Source of the DNA: a virus
Lineage: Duplodnaviria; Caudoviricetes
IMG/VR virus record: IMGVR_UViG_3300027804_000068
Location: 2,752 to 66,751 of that record
Length of the DNA: 64,000 nt
Reading direction: 5' to 3' (one strand)
The notes below the pieces were generated by a model, which worked only from the letters and a program-made list of their open reading frames with translations, was not told the DNA's origin and made no database searches. Shown in pieces: positions 53,481 to 64,000 of this stretch. The translations under genes and the position numbers were made by a program. How positions within the stretch are numbered: the stretch's first letter is position 1; every line of letters begins with the position of its first letter.

Positions 53481-56400
53481 TTATGCTTGTGCTTCTGTCC
53501 AAGAAAGACGCCCAAATACGTTAGCAGTTTGTCCAATTCCAGTATTCAGGTTTGTAACTACAATCGTAAGTGTATCAGGTCCGTCTGGATAAATTCCACT
53601 ATTGGATGAAGTGCTGCCACCACCAAGGACAGAATTACCAAGATCACGAACCCGAGAAAGATCAATTGAATTTGCTCCAGTTCCAACAAAGAATCCTGCA
53701 GCGACTTCACCCCCAAAAACTGTTGTAGATGTAACACCAACATAATCAGCAATTTGTGCAAGTGAAGAATTAACTTGTCCGGTAGCATTACCAACAGCAT
53801 TTGTCCATGAGGTTGTTGATGATGGAACTGCATTTAGGAATGCACGAACAAGTAGGTTTGCATTCTGGGTTGTTGTAGTAAGATCCAGTGCATTCAATGT
53901 AAGCTGCATTCTATTAATCAATTCTCTTTGACCAAATGCTGCAGCAATTCCATTGTCAACTGAAGGTGCAACACGAATTGAGAACAACGCTCTACTGACG
54001 CCTGGACCAACTGCTTGAGGAGTTTGTTGTCCATAAGTGAAAACAAGAGATTTATCATCATCAAATCTTCCATCCATAATTACACTTGTACCCCAGTGTG
54101 AAATAGTTGGACCAAAGCTTGGGAATGCAAGTTCAACACCTGCGGGATTAGTTCCAGCGTATGAAAATGTAACTCCAGTTGCTCCCATACCAACAAATGT
54201 TACAGAAGATCCAACAAATCCAGTCGAAGCATTAACCAAAGTGATAGTACCAGAGTTGGCAGATGATAATGCAGAAATCCAAGTTCCTTCAGGTAAGTTT
54301 GGATGCAACGCTCGCATACCAATTTGAAGATTCGTAGTTGTTACTCCACTCACTTGATTTCGACCCGTTCCCATGCCACCACCAGTTGCACTAGAAAAAT
54401 CTAATACAACTGTGTTTCTTCCTCTTACAATTCCAGTAAATGCTGTGGTTCCAATTCCAGCATAAGACATATATTCATTAGTAGTACCATTACGAATTAA
54501 AATTACTCCGCCAGTTGGGGGGAATCCAGCCGTAGATGCAATACCAACATAAGTATCAGTTGCCGAAACTGTACCTGTAATTTGTGTTTTTGGTGGATTT
54601 GCATCAGTTTCATAACGAGCTGGTAAGTTACCAGATCTCATATAAGCTTCCGTATTTTGATTATTATTAATTAACTTATGGCAGTAAGTTACATTACCGT
54701 CTTGCCCCCTAAATCCCCAACGAACAAATCCAGCACCATACCAAGAATAATCCATGTAGAACATTTGCATCTTGGTTAGGTCTAGGTTGTAACCATATGG
54801 TCCAGTGCCATCCATTTTATCAAGATTCCAAGCAGCTTGTTCTACTTTTAAGTCTTCTGTTCTTGAAACAACAGCATAATCTGCATCAGCACCTCTATAA
54901 GATGGATTGATAATTAAATTTTGATCGCTCTCAATATCAAATACCCTGTAAGATTGACCACGAATTACAATTGAATCTCCAATTGTCAATTGTTTAGAAA
55001 AATATGTTGGGAACGATGCATTTGTTTGCGTTATCGTATTAATACCAGATCTAATACTAACTCTTCCTGCAACTTGGAATGTCGATTGTCTTCGGCAAGC
55101 ATATATTTTTTGCCCATCATACTCAAAATATATACCATTTTGATCATCAAATATTCCCATTCTGTTTACTGCTCCATACCAATTTGTTACACTTACAATA
55201 GGTTTTCCAGATGCAACTGTTTGTGATGGAGTTGATAGTGCAGTATATTCAAATGTGTTGACACCTTTAATAATATTAATTGTGAAAGATCCATTATACG
55301 CAGATTCATTACAACCAGAAATTTGAATTATAGTTCCTGGTTGAATATTATGCCTTTCTTTTGTAATAACAGTCACTGTTGTTCCAATAGAAGTAATAGA
55401 ATCAACCTGGAATGATGGTTTTAAAATTGTACCAGAACTTACTTGAATACCTTTTCCAGATTGATAACGGAAATATCTTCTTGTCTGACGAAGTTGTCTT
55501 TCATAGTTTCCATTTGCATTAGAGGAGAAAATAACTCCACCATCAAATGGTCTGTGTAGAACTTGTCCGGGTGGTCTTCCAAAAACTTCAGCACCTGTCG
55601 CAATACCTGGGTTTGCACCATTAGATGCCCCGGTGACAAGAGGAACTGAACTTACTCCAATAATAAATGAACGAGCACTTGGTATGCCAACAACAGCAAA
55701 TGAACCATTGCAAGGTGAGGTTCCAGACATACCACGAATTGCAACTTCATTTCCAATTGATAATCCGTGAGGAACACTTACGGTAATTGTAGCTACACCA
55801 GAAGTTGATGTTGTAATTAATGGAGAGTTATTTCCAATTCTTGCATTTGTAAAGATTGATCCAGTAAAAATACCAGTTTTATTTGAGTCAAAAATTTGAG
55901 TAATTGTCGTAGAATTGGTTGCAGATGCAGAATAAGTAAAGATTGTCCCTGGTCCTATCGTTCCAGGCACACCAGCAATTGATTCGACAAGGAAGGTTCC
56001 ATTTGCTGGTGTCAAATAAGTATCTTGAACAGAAATTGCAGTTCCAATTCCAGGGCAAGATGTACTTGTAGTTAATCCAACAAATACTGTCTTTGAACCT
56101 GTTCCGTATGAAATATAGTTAATATTTGAAATTGGTGTGACCGTTGGATATACAAACGGACGATTATTGATTAATGTAAGATTTTCCCACTTGGTTGTCT
56201 GCACTCCATATTCAAAGTCAGTATCAATCAGAGCTTGTGGTTGAGAAATTCTAAACTTGTTTACTGGATCTGTATATGCCTCTCCAGGAACAAATTTTTC
56301 TTCAAATTCGTCAAAGATAATCGAGATCTTGTGAGAAGAGCTCATCGACGCTGTATTATAATTCAGAATGATCGTTGTTCTTGGATCATTAATATTATCT

Positions 56401-56579
56401 GTGGTTAACGTATATGAGGTTGCTTTTAAATTAGGATCAGAAAAATTATAAATTACTTGATTTGTTGTAACGTTAGTAATTAAAACTAACCTCTCTCTTG
56501 GAATCAACCTAGGAATAATAATTGTTTTGGTGGAGGGAATGAAAGTGTATCCAGTTTCAAGTAATACTTTTCTTGCCAT
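53481..56579 (-). CDS. large virion structural protein
   Basis: 1032 aa, Thr/Gly/Ser-rich; RQTRRYFRYQSGKG motif. Confidence 0.8.
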   Translation of the reverse strand: MARKVLLETGYTFIPSTKTIIIPRLIPRERLVLITNVTTNQVIYNFSDPNLKATSYTLTTDNINDPRTTIILNYNTASMSSSHKISIIFDEFEEKFVPGEAYTDPVNKFRISQPQALIDTDFEYGVQTTKWENLTLINNRPFVYPTVTPISNINYISYGTGSKTVFVGLTTSTSCPGIGTAISVQDTYLTPANGTFLVESIAGVPGTIGPGTIFTYSASATNSTTITQIFDSNKTGIFTGSIFTNARIGNNSPLITTSTSGVATITVSVPHGLSIGNEVAIRGMSGTSPCNGSFAVVGIPSARSFIIGVSSVPLVTGASNGANPGIATGAEVFGRPPGQVLHRPFDGGVIFSSNANGNYERQLRQTRRYFRYQSGKGIQVSSGTILKPSFQVDSITSIGTTVTVITKERHNIQPGTIIQISGCNESAYNGSFTINIIKGVNTFEYTALSTPSQTVASGKPIVSVTNWYGAVNRMGIFDDQNGIYFEYDGQKIYACRRQSTFQVAGRVSIRSGINTITQTNASFPTYFSKQLTIGDSIVIRGQSYRVFDIESDQNLIINPSYRGADADYAVVSRTEDLKVEQAAWNLDKMDGTGPYGYNLDLTKMQMFYMDYSWYGAGFVRWGFRGQDGNVTYCHKLINNNQNTEAYMRSGNLPARYETDANPPKTQITGTVSATDTYVGIASTAGFPPTGGVILIRNGTTNEYMSYAGIGTTAFTGIVRGRNTVVLDFSSATGGGMGTGRNQVSGVTTTNLQIGMRALHPNLPEGTWISALSSANSGTITLVNASTGFVGSSVTFVGMGATGVTFSYAGTNPAGVELAFPSFGPTISHWGTSVIMDGRFDDDKSLVFTYGQQTPQAVGPGVSRALFSIRVAPSVDNGIAAAFGQRELINRMQLTLNALDLTTTTQNANLLVRAFLNAVPSSTTSWTNAVGNATGQVNSSLAQIADYVGVTSTTVFGGEVAAGFFVGTGANSIDLSRVRDLGNSVLGGGSTSSNSGIYPDGPDTLTIVVTNLNTGIGQTANVFGRLSWTEAQA

Positions 56580-56583
56580 TTTT

Positions 56584-56796
56584 TTAATATCCCAATACGA
56601 TATCTGTTGATTTGAGAGGGTAATTTTTAATTTTTTATTGCGGTGTTATAACTCATAACATTTTTGCAACAATATCAGATCCAGTTGGGATAGACTCTGT
56701 AAACTTAACATTATTATCAGAATCTATTGTATATTCATTATAAAAACCCAAAAGGTTAGATTGATAAACATTGTCTGTATTATTTATAAACGCCAA
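56584..56796 (-). pseudogene. degenerate C-terminal remnant of a fibre/virion gene
   Basis: single frame reads ...YTIDSDNNVKFTESIPTGSDIVAKML*VITPQ*KIKNYPLKSTDIVLGY*; contains TATAAATA at 56781-56788. Confidence 0.45.
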
Positions 56797-56828
56797 TTGT
56801 CAAATGATTATTCAAGCATATTTAAAAA

Positions 56829-59800
56829 TTAAGCAAAGTTTCCAATGCTAGAAGCAGTTCCTACACAACTTACTTTTAGGTAAGAGTTGGTATTGAATCC
56901 AACTGATCCTGCACTATTAAATGCAAGCAGGTCAAATCTTGTGTTTTGACCTGTTCGAACAAGTCCTTTGAGAATTATATTATAATCATTAGCAGCTGCT
57001 AATGAACTTGTGGTATATATGGTAGCTGGCGACGCAGCACTAGAAGTATTCAGAGCATTTTGTGAGTTTTGATATGATTGAAGTGCAATTTGCGTAAAGC
57101 TTCCAGCAGAAAGTGATGCTTGGAATGTTACAGTTCCAAGTGTAGTTTTTGTGAGGAACAGAACAGCTTCAATTTCATAGAAATTTCCAGATAGAAGTGC
57201 AGGTCTTGAGGCAGCACCAAATATAGAAGTTCCTGGTGATAATGTAGTGGTAATAGCTACTTGATTTATTCTTCTGATGAATTGAATTTCAGGAATTAAT
57301 GCTCTCGTATTACCATTTGTAGTATCATTTTGAGTATGATATAAAAGTCTTCCATCATATTCAAATGCATCTGCTTCAGGAGTTGTTAGAACAGTTCCAG
57401 AAATTATTTTTAATGGTGCAGTTGTTGCTGTTCCACCACTTAACTGAAGTTTTGCTGTTGGGTTTGTAAGTCCTATACCGACATTACCAGCAGTATTAAT
57501 GCCAACAACAACAACGCCATTTGCAGAAGTTGCATCATCTTCTCTAAAAATTCTAAAGGTATTTTCGGGATTATAGTTGTCAATATTCCAACGAAAGAGA
57601 GATGCTGGTTGCCCTCTAAAGACAATTCTATTATTAGAACTAGAGTCTTGTTGTATTTGTATTTTACCAGAAACTGTTAATTTATCTGGTGGATTTGTGG
57701 TTCCTATACCGACCAAACCACCAGAAGTTGTGGTTATAATAGTTCCACCAGCTCCTACGTTAAGTATTGTTATTGTAGAAACACCAGTAACAGATTCATT
57801 AACAATCGTAGTGAATCCAATGACGTTTAAGTGTCTGGTTGTAGTAACACCAGAAACAGCTAGAGTTCCAATGGTTGCTACACCAGAAACTCTTGTATCA
57901 CCAACTACATCAAGTGCTGCTGTTGGTGTTGAAGATCCAATACCAAGTCTAGTTCCAGTATTAACTAAAATAGTACCGACACCAGCAATAGGTCCAATAT
58001 TGATTTGAGTAAAGGAACCAGAAGCACCACCAGTACCAAAGTTGATTGTTTTAATTGTTGATGCAGCAGAAACACCAGCATCAATATTCAATGTATGAGT
58101 AACTGTTGAACGATTGATTGTCATCGTTCCAGTTTGTGCCGTGCCACCAAGTATAAGAGTTCCCGTGGTTTGAGCAGTGGCAAAGTCAATGGCAGTTGTT
58201 GTATTACCGCCAAGAAGAATAGTAGCAACATTACCTGCGGTGATTGTTCCACCAGAAACTGTGAGATCATCAGTAATTACAATATCATTCTCAACAGTTA
58301 AACTATCTTTGATGAGCACACTTTTACTAAAATGTGCATCTTCAGTTACATAAAGACGATTATTTAATCTTGCTTCATTGTTGAGAATGATTGAAGATCT
58401 TGTGGAAATACCAGAAGAAGCAAATTCTAATGAAGGAGCATCAGTATTATACTGAAAAACAGTGTCATTAGTAGTACCTACAAGGTATGCTTTTGATTGA
58501 TCTTCTTGATAGAATATTCCACTTGCATTAGTTTCTTGGAACCCAACATAAACATTATCGTAGAATACTGCAGTGCTTATATCCCAAGCAGTTAGTAAGT
58601 CAAATCTTGCAACCACATCACGTGTAGAGTCGCTAATATACATCTTGGTTCCAGATGCATTAAAATTAATTCCTGTTGGTGAAGTAAGAGTGAGTGGAAG
58701 ATTTTGAGTTGTTCCAGTGCCAATTAAAATCGATGTTGTCAATCCTGCCGTGCTTACGTTCCAAGCAGTTCCAAGTGCATATTCATAAATTCTCTGATTA
58801 GTGCTACCAACAACATACATCTTGCTTCCATCATCATTCTTCAAATAAACTCCAAGTGGAGCACTATCTTCCAGAACACGGAAACTTGTTGTCCATCCAA
58901 CTGTTGCTACACCAACGTTTGAAAGATCCCAAGCAGTTCCGAGTGTGTATTGATGAACATAATCACCAGATGCAACTAAAGGAGCGACACCAGTTTGTCC
59001 AGAAACATACATGTTCAATCCATCTGGTCTAAAATATAAACCAACTGGAACAGTGTCTTGTGCCGCTACACTAAAGTTCGTTGTAAATCCAGCAGTTGAG
59101 ACATTCCAAGCAGTCGAAAGCGCATATTCGTTTACATCATCTCCAGTTGCACCAACAATAAACATCTTGGTTCCATCATTTTTGAAGAATATATCTTGTG
59201 GAGAAGTTTCTTCCGCACTTATTGATTTTGATATTCCAAAATATTCCCAAGAGTTAATATCAGTTACAGAACGAATGGAGTTAATTCCAGCAAAATCAGT
59301 TCTACCGATGGAAATTGCTCCACGAACATCTAAAGTAGAACTTGGATTTGTGGTTCCTATGCCAAGATTACCAGAACTATCAAATCTTGCTCTTTCTGTA
59401 TTAGTTCCTCCAGAATCTGCAAGAACAAATCTTATTGCTCCACCAGTCGCAAAATAGGATGTTATATCAAAAACTCCAGTATTACTAGCACTAATAGATG
59501 CTACTGCTGCAGTATTTGCAGAATATAATGAAGCACCTCCAAGAACTTCTAATTTTACTTGTGGATTAGTTCTACCAATTCCAAGATTACCGCTGACATA
59601 AGCACCACCAGTGACTTGAAGTGGTTGTGATGAGGTTCCTGTTGAAGTTGCAGAACCAACTAGGAATGTTCCATTAGCATCTATTCTTCCTCTATCATTC
59701 GCACCACCTGTCTGGAATATAAGACTTCTGCCCGAATCTGCACGAAGAACAATATCTGTTCCACTTCCACCAAAAGCATTTAGAACTCCAATTCCACCAT

Positions 59801-62800
59801 AAAAACCAGTACCACTCCAGAAGTTTAGAGATCCAGATGCACTATCAATTCTAATATTATTACCAAGAACATGGAGTTTGTCTGATGGATTTGTGGTTCC
59901 TATACCAACATTACCAGAATTATTAATTCTAATAACTTCATTATTATTTGCACCTAATGCAAGTTGAACTGATGTTACACCTCTAATTGAAGATACAAGA
60001 TTTGAATGAGTAATCGTAACATCGCCCTGTGCAAGTTGGGCAAATCTTGCAGATCCGCCAAGAACTTCAAATTTGTAAGAAGTGCTTGTATTACCAATTC
60101 CAAGATTACCACCAATATAAACACTTGAATTAATACCAGCAACTTGAAGAACTTGACCTGGTGTTCCTGTTGAGGTTGCTGCACCAATAATAACAGGTCC
60201 AGAAGAAACTTGAAGTTGTCCTACTGGATTTGTGGTTCCAATACCAAGATTACCATTTTGTAAAAATCTTGCCCATTCAGTTGCACCTGATCCAAATGCC
60301 ATTCCATAGATGGCACCATTAGGATTATATTCAATATATCCCTGTTCTGTTACGTCAGTTACATTAACTAATTTCGTTGATGCACTAAACCAATCACTTC
60401 CAGTAGCATTTCTTGCTGCTTTGATTCTTAACCGTGAAGCATTACCATTACCATAAACAAACTGTGCTACTGTAAGTGCCGAACCAACAGTTCCTGGTAA
60501 AGTTATTCCAAATCCAACGTTAGAAATATCAGCAGTTGGAGAAAGTTGTAGTGCAACTGTTGGATTGTTGGTTCCTATACCAATATTTCCACTTGCATTC
60601 ACAACAAAGGGACTACTATCGGGATTAGCAGAATCTTCAACTACCAGAGCATTACCAGAACCAAGTTGAGTAATGCGAACCATATCACTTGATGTAGTTC
60701 CAGAGAATAATCCAGCAATACTTGTTGCTGTTGGAACTACATTTAAAGTTGCTCCTGGATTTGTATTACCAACTCCAAGATTACCAGAAACATACGCACC
60801 ACCAGTAACTTGAAGTGGTTGTGATGCTGTTCCTGTAGAAGTTGCTGCTCCAATAATAACAGGTCCAGAAGAAACTTGAAGTTGTCCTACTGGATTTGTG
60901 GTTCCGATTCCAACATTGCCACTTGCAGTTATTCTAACCTTTTCACTTGTAAGAATAGAACTATCATTAGCAGCACCATTTCTACCTACATTAATTGAAA
61001 AATATTCAGTGCCCCAAGTGCCAGTTGAAAATCCTCCAACTAAATCAACAGCTCTTCTTGGACCTAAATCTGCAGGAAAATTAGCAAAATTTGGATAGAA
61101 AGAATAAACACCAATCTCACCACTTGTTGCTCCAATACCTGATGCTGCAAAATTTGGAAATCCAGAACCAGTAGTAGAAAGTCCGGAAATAACTCCTGGA
61201 AATAAAGTTGAGGAAAAGGATGGTCCCGAAGTTGCTCTTATTGCAGTAGATGCAGAAGTTGGAGAATACGCATCAATCCTTGACGATGGATTTGTAACAC
61301 CAACTCCAAGATTACCAGATACATAACCACCACCAGTAACTTGAAGTCTTTGGGATGCGGTTCCTGTTGAGGTTGCTGCACCAATAATAACTGGACCATT
61401 AAGTGCAGTAACGACACCAGTAAACTTAGCGCCACCAATTACATCTAATGCTGATGTTGGAGTTGTTCCAATTCCAAGTCTGGTGCCACTATTAATTAAA
61501 ACAGTACCAATACCATTAGTTGGTCCAACGTTGATTTGAGTAAGGGAAAGAAAATCACCACCAGTACCAAAATTGATTATCTTGGTTATTCCTGGACTTG
61601 ATGCGCCAGTAGCAATACCTAATGTTTGTGGAACAGTTGATAATCCTAATGTAATTTGACCAGTTTGTGTTGCTCCTCCAATTATGACAGTGCCTGTTGT
61701 TTGGCTAGTTCCTATACTAATAAAACCTGTTGTTGTTACAATTCCAACATTGCCAGCAATATTAACAGTGCTATCAAAAGTAGCAGCACCTGATACCCTT
61801 GTAGTTCCACTTACAATTAATGTGGTATTTCCTGCACCAATAGATACAGTACCATTACCAAATGGTAATGCGCTACCAAGTGTAGAAACACCAGAAACAC
61901 TTAAGTGTTGAGTTGTAGTGACACCTGCAACTGCTAGATTAGATCCTACTGTCGCCACACCAGTGATACTCTGGTTAACGACTGTGGTAAATCCAATGAC
62001 GTTTAAGTGTCTGGTTGTAGTGACACCAGAAACCGCTACATTACCACGAACATCTAAAGTAGAACTTGGATTTGTGGTTCCAATTCCAAGATTACCATTT
62101 TGTAAAAATCTTGCCCATTCAGTTGCACCTGATCCAAATGCCATTCCATAGATGGCACCATCAGGATTATATTCAATATATCCCTGTTCTGTTACGTCAG
62201 TTACATTAACTAATTTCGTTGACGCACTAGTCCAATCACTTCCTGCAGTATTTCTTGTTGCCTTAATTCTTAAGAATGACGCATTAGAATTTGCATGTAA
62301 AAATTGTGCTACAGTAAATGCCGAACCGACTGTTCCTGGTAAAGTTATTCCTATACCGACATTAGAAATAGATGCATTTGGAGAAAGTTGTAGTGGGACT
62401 GTTGGATTTGTGGTTCCTATACCGACAGAACTACTAAAGTAAGCACCACCAGTGACTTGTAATCTTTGTGATGCTGTTCCTGTTGAAGTTGCAGAACCGA
62501 CGAATACTGGTCCGTTAGTGAAGGTTGAGATTCCAGTTACTTGGAGTTGTGTTATAGAACCTATACCACCTATGACACTTGTAGCACTTGAGGCATTACC
62601 AGAGAAACTTGATGCTGTTACAATTCCAGAAGCATTAATGTTTCTTACAACTGCTAAATCATTTTCAGTAAATTGAACTGAACCTGCTGCTAATCTTGTA
62701 CCTGTTGGGAATTGAGTGCTTCCAATACCAACTGCATAATTACTCAACCAAGCATCAGTTCCAAGTCCACTAAAAGTACCAGACTTGAACCACATAATTT

Positions 62801-63998
62801 TCTTATATGTGGCTGGGTTGGTTTCAATTCCAGCAATGAATAAATTAACTAATGGAGTTCCTTCTGTAGAAGCAAGAGCAACACCACCGTGATTTGCAGT
62901 ATTATCATTAGAAATATCATTACCAAGTGCGTCAGTTCTGTATCCAAGAACAATATCAGGGTCAAATATGTTTAATGATTGTGAAAATATTACAGAAGAT
63001 GTTCCACCAATTGTAATATTGCCATTAACATTTAAGTTTCGATTAACTTGAAGGTCTCTTGTAACCGTTACGTCTTGTGGTGCGGTGAATTGATTTGGAA
63101 TACTTAATGTAGGTGTTGAACCTTCACCAGTTCCAGAAGTTACTGTAATTTGATTTGATGTTCCTGTAATATCTCTTACATAATCTCCAAACGTATCTGT
63201 TCCAAGTCCAACGGAATTTGGTTGAATAGTGGCTGCTAACGATACATTTCCAGTTCCATCAAAAGAAATAGCAGAAGCAACAACATCACCAGTAATTTCA
63301 AAAGTTCTTGCGGTTGCAAGTTTTGTTGCAGTTGTTGCGGTTCCTGTCAATGCACCTATGAATGTAGTTGCTGTGACGACACCAGAAACTCTTGCATCAC
63401 CAACAACATGAAGTTTTGTTGCTGGATTTGTGGTTCCTATACCGATATTACCAGTTGCCTGTCTTAATATGAATGCATCAGGTGCGGAAGTTGAGAAGAT
63501 TTTTAAGTCTCTGGTTTTGGTATCTAAATTGTTTATATTATTATAAGCACCAAATTCTATAAATGAATTATCAGCATTTGTACCAAAAGATATTCTTGGT
63601 CCACTGGCACCAGAATCAAGTAATACACTTTGATTATTAGTACTATGTTGTGCTCTTATTTGAGCACCGGTGCTACGAACATCCAAAGTAGAACCTGGAT
63701 TTGTGGTTCCAATACCTACACCAGTGGTATTAATTCTTACTTGTTCACTTGCTTCACTATCTAATCCACCACCAGTATGAATAGAAAGTGCATTAGTTCT
63801 TCCTTTTAACCTTGCCCCACCAGTATTAAATTCAATTTCCGCATCAGCGGTAGAAAGTCTAATGTCCCCTGCAACATCAAGTTTTGCTCCTGGATTTGTG
63901 TTTCCTATACCGACAGAAGTATCGATACCAACAACTCTAGTGGAATCATCAACTGTAATTAAAGATGCAAATTGTGATAATTCCCTATTATTTGCCAT
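56829..63998 (-). CDS. very large modular tail fibre
   Basis: 2389 aa; many GIGTTNP repeats, duplicated modules, Y.L.TAW..S propeller-like repeats. Confidence 0.88.
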   Translation of the reverse strand: MANNRELSQFASLITVDDSTRVVGIDTSVGIGNTNPGAKLDVAGDIRLSTADAEIEFNTGGARLKGRTNALSIHTGGGLDSEASEQVRINTTGVGIGTTNPGSTLDVRSTGAQIRAQHSTNNQSVLLDSGASGPRISFGTNADNSFIEFGAYNNINNLDTKTRDLKIFSTSAPDAFILRQATGNIGIGTTNPATKLHVVGDARVSGVVTATTFIGALTGTATTATKLATARTFEITGDVVASAISFDGTGNVSLAATIQPNSVGLGTDTFGDYVRDITGTSNQITVTSGTGEGSTPTLSIPNQFTAPQDVTVTRDLQVNRNLNVNGNITIGGTSSVIFSQSLNIFDPDIVLGYRTDALGNDISNDNTANHGGVALASTEGTPLVNLFIAGIETNPATYKKIMWFKSGTFSGLGTDAWLSNYAVGIGSTQFPTGTRLAAGSVQFTENDLAVVRNINASGIVTASSFSGNASSATSVIGGIGSITQLQVTGISTFTNGPVFVGSATSTGTASQRLQVTGGAYFSSSVGIGTTNPTVPLQLSPNASISNVGIGITLPGTVGSAFTVAQFLHANSNASFLRIKATRNTAGSDWTSASTKLVNVTDVTEQGYIEYNPDGAIYGMAFGSGATEWARFLQNGNLGIGTTNPSSTLDVRGNVAVSGVTTTRHLNVIGFTTVVNQSITGVATVGSNLAVAGVTTTQHLSVSGVSTLGSALPFGNGTVSIGAGNTTLIVSGTTRVSGAATFDSTVNIAGNVGIVTTTGFISIGTSQTTGTVIIGGATQTGQITLGLSTVPQTLGIATGASSPGITKIINFGTGGDFLSLTQINVGPTNGIGTVLINSGTRLGIGTTPTSALDVIGGAKFTGVVTALNGPVIIGAATSTGTASQRLQVTGGGYVSGNLGVGVTNPSSRIDAYSPTSASTAIRATSGPSFSSTLFPGVISGLSTTGSGFPNFAASGIGATSGEIGVYSFYPNFANFPADLGPRRAVDLVGGFSTGTWGTEYFSINVGRNGAANDSSILTSEKVRITASGNVGIGTTNPVGQLQVSSGPVIIGAATSTGTASQPLQVTGGAYVSGNLGVGNTNPGATLNVVPTATSIAGLFSGTTSSDMVRITQLGSGNALVVEDSANPDSSPFVVNASGNIGIGTNNPTVALQLSPTADISNVGFGITLPGTVGSALTVAQFVYGNGNASRLRIKAARNATGSDWFSASTKLVNVTDVTEQGYIEYNPNGAIYGMAFGSGATEWARFLQNGNLGIGTTNPVGQLQVSSGPVIIGAATSTGTPGQVLQVAGINSSVYIGGNLGIGNTSTSYKFEVLGGSARFAQLAQGDVTITHSNLVSSIRGVTSVQLALGANNNEVIRINNSGNVGIGTTNPSDKLHVLGNNIRIDSASGSLNFWSGTGFYGGIGVLNAFGGSGTDIVLRADSGRSLIFQTGGANDRGRIDANGTFLVGSATSTGTSSQPLQVTGGAYVSGNLGIGRTNPQVKLEVLGGASLYSANTAAVASISASNTGVFDITSYFATGGAIRFVLADSGGTNTERARFDSSGNLGIGTTNPSSTLDVRGAISIGRTDFAGINSIRSVTDINSWEYFGISKSISAEETSPQDIFFKNDGTKMFIVGATGDDVNEYALSTAWNVSTAGFTTNFSVAAQDTVPVGLYFRPDGLNMYVSGQTGVAPLVASGDYVHQYTLGTAWDLSNVGVATVGWTTSFRVLEDSAPLGVYLKNDDGSKMYVVGSTNQRIYEYALGTAWNVSTAGLTTSILIGTGTTQNLPLTLTSPTGINFNASGTKMYISDSTRDVVARFDLLTAWDISTAVFYDNVYVGFQETNASGIFYQEDQSKAYLVGTTNDTVFQYNTDAPSLEFASSGISTRSSIILNNEARLNNRLYVTEDAHFSKSVLIKDSLTVENDIVITDDLTVSGGTITAGNVATILLGGNTTTAIDFATAQTTGTLILGGTAQTGTMTINRSTVTHTLNIDAGVSAASTIKTINFGTGGASGSFTQINIGPIAGVGTILVNTGTRLGIGSSTPTAALDVVGDTRVSGVATIGTLAVSGVTTTRHLNVIGFTTIVNESVTGVSTITILNVGAGGTIITTTSGGLVGIGTTNPPDKLTVSGKIQIQQDSSSNNRIVFRGQPASLFRWNIDNYNPENTFRIFREDDATSANGVVVVGINTAGNVGIGLTNPTAKLQLSGGTATTAPLKIISGTVLTTPEADAFEYDGRLLYHTQNDTTNGNTRALIPEIQFIRRINQVAITTTLSPGTSIFGAASRPALLSGNFYEIEAVLFLTKTTLGTVTFQASLSAGSFTQIALQSYQNSQNALNTSSAASPATIYTTSSLAAANDYNIILKGLVRTGQNTRFDLLAFNSAGSVGFNTNSYLKVSCVGTASSIGNFA
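60244..62229. repeat. near-identical 144-bp internal repeat in the tail fibre (60244-60387 and 62086-62229)
   Basis: read by eye, about 2 mismatches; embedded in a longer duplicated module. Confidence 0.85.
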
Positions 63999-64000
63999 GT

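Noticed and set aside
56584-56796. Stop-codon readthrough or alternative genetic code
   Set aside because: Two different stops (TGA and TAA) interrupt the frame, no suppressor tRNA is seen, and all other genes read normally in code 11
56829-63998. Possible diversity-generating retroelement TR/VR pair in the fibre
   Set aside because: Repeats are in frame within one gene, mismatches are not adenine-specific, and no reverse transcriptase is in the window

Overview
64 kb of a T4-like cyanomyophage (Kyanoviridae-type) genome, almost all coded on the minus strand. The assignment rests on cp12, phoH, thyX, g32/g59/g33 and the g5-g51-g26-g4-g48-g53 baseplate block. About 1-21 kb is an early/accessory region of tightly packed small ORFs driven by 11 copies of a fixed-spacing palindrome + TATAAT promoter. 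It holds two nuclease-methyltransferase pairs, CP12, a HiPIP-like Fe-S protein with a capsid-targeting-like N-terminus, three 2OG-Fe(II) oxygenases, antitoxin-like ORFs and an SF2 helicase. About 21-31 kb carries virion/fibre genes and a tryptophan halogenase. About 31.5-32.5 kb has an HNH endonuclease and three tRNAs (Leu-UAA, CAU, Ile-UAU). About 33-44.5 kb is the baseplate/tail module. About 44.5-53.3 kb has a Mom-like modifier, replication/late-transcription genes, a GIY-YIG endonuclease, phoH, thyX and glutaredoxin. About 53.5-64 kb holds two large virion/tail-fibre genes. The most striking element is a self-contained operon at 50.8-51.6 kb. Two tandem glutamine-riboswitch-like aptamers each carry a complete small ORF inside their P2 loop, the two ORFs look paralogous, and a DUF4278-like gene follows. 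All calls come from reading motifs by eye; no database searches or folding programs were run.
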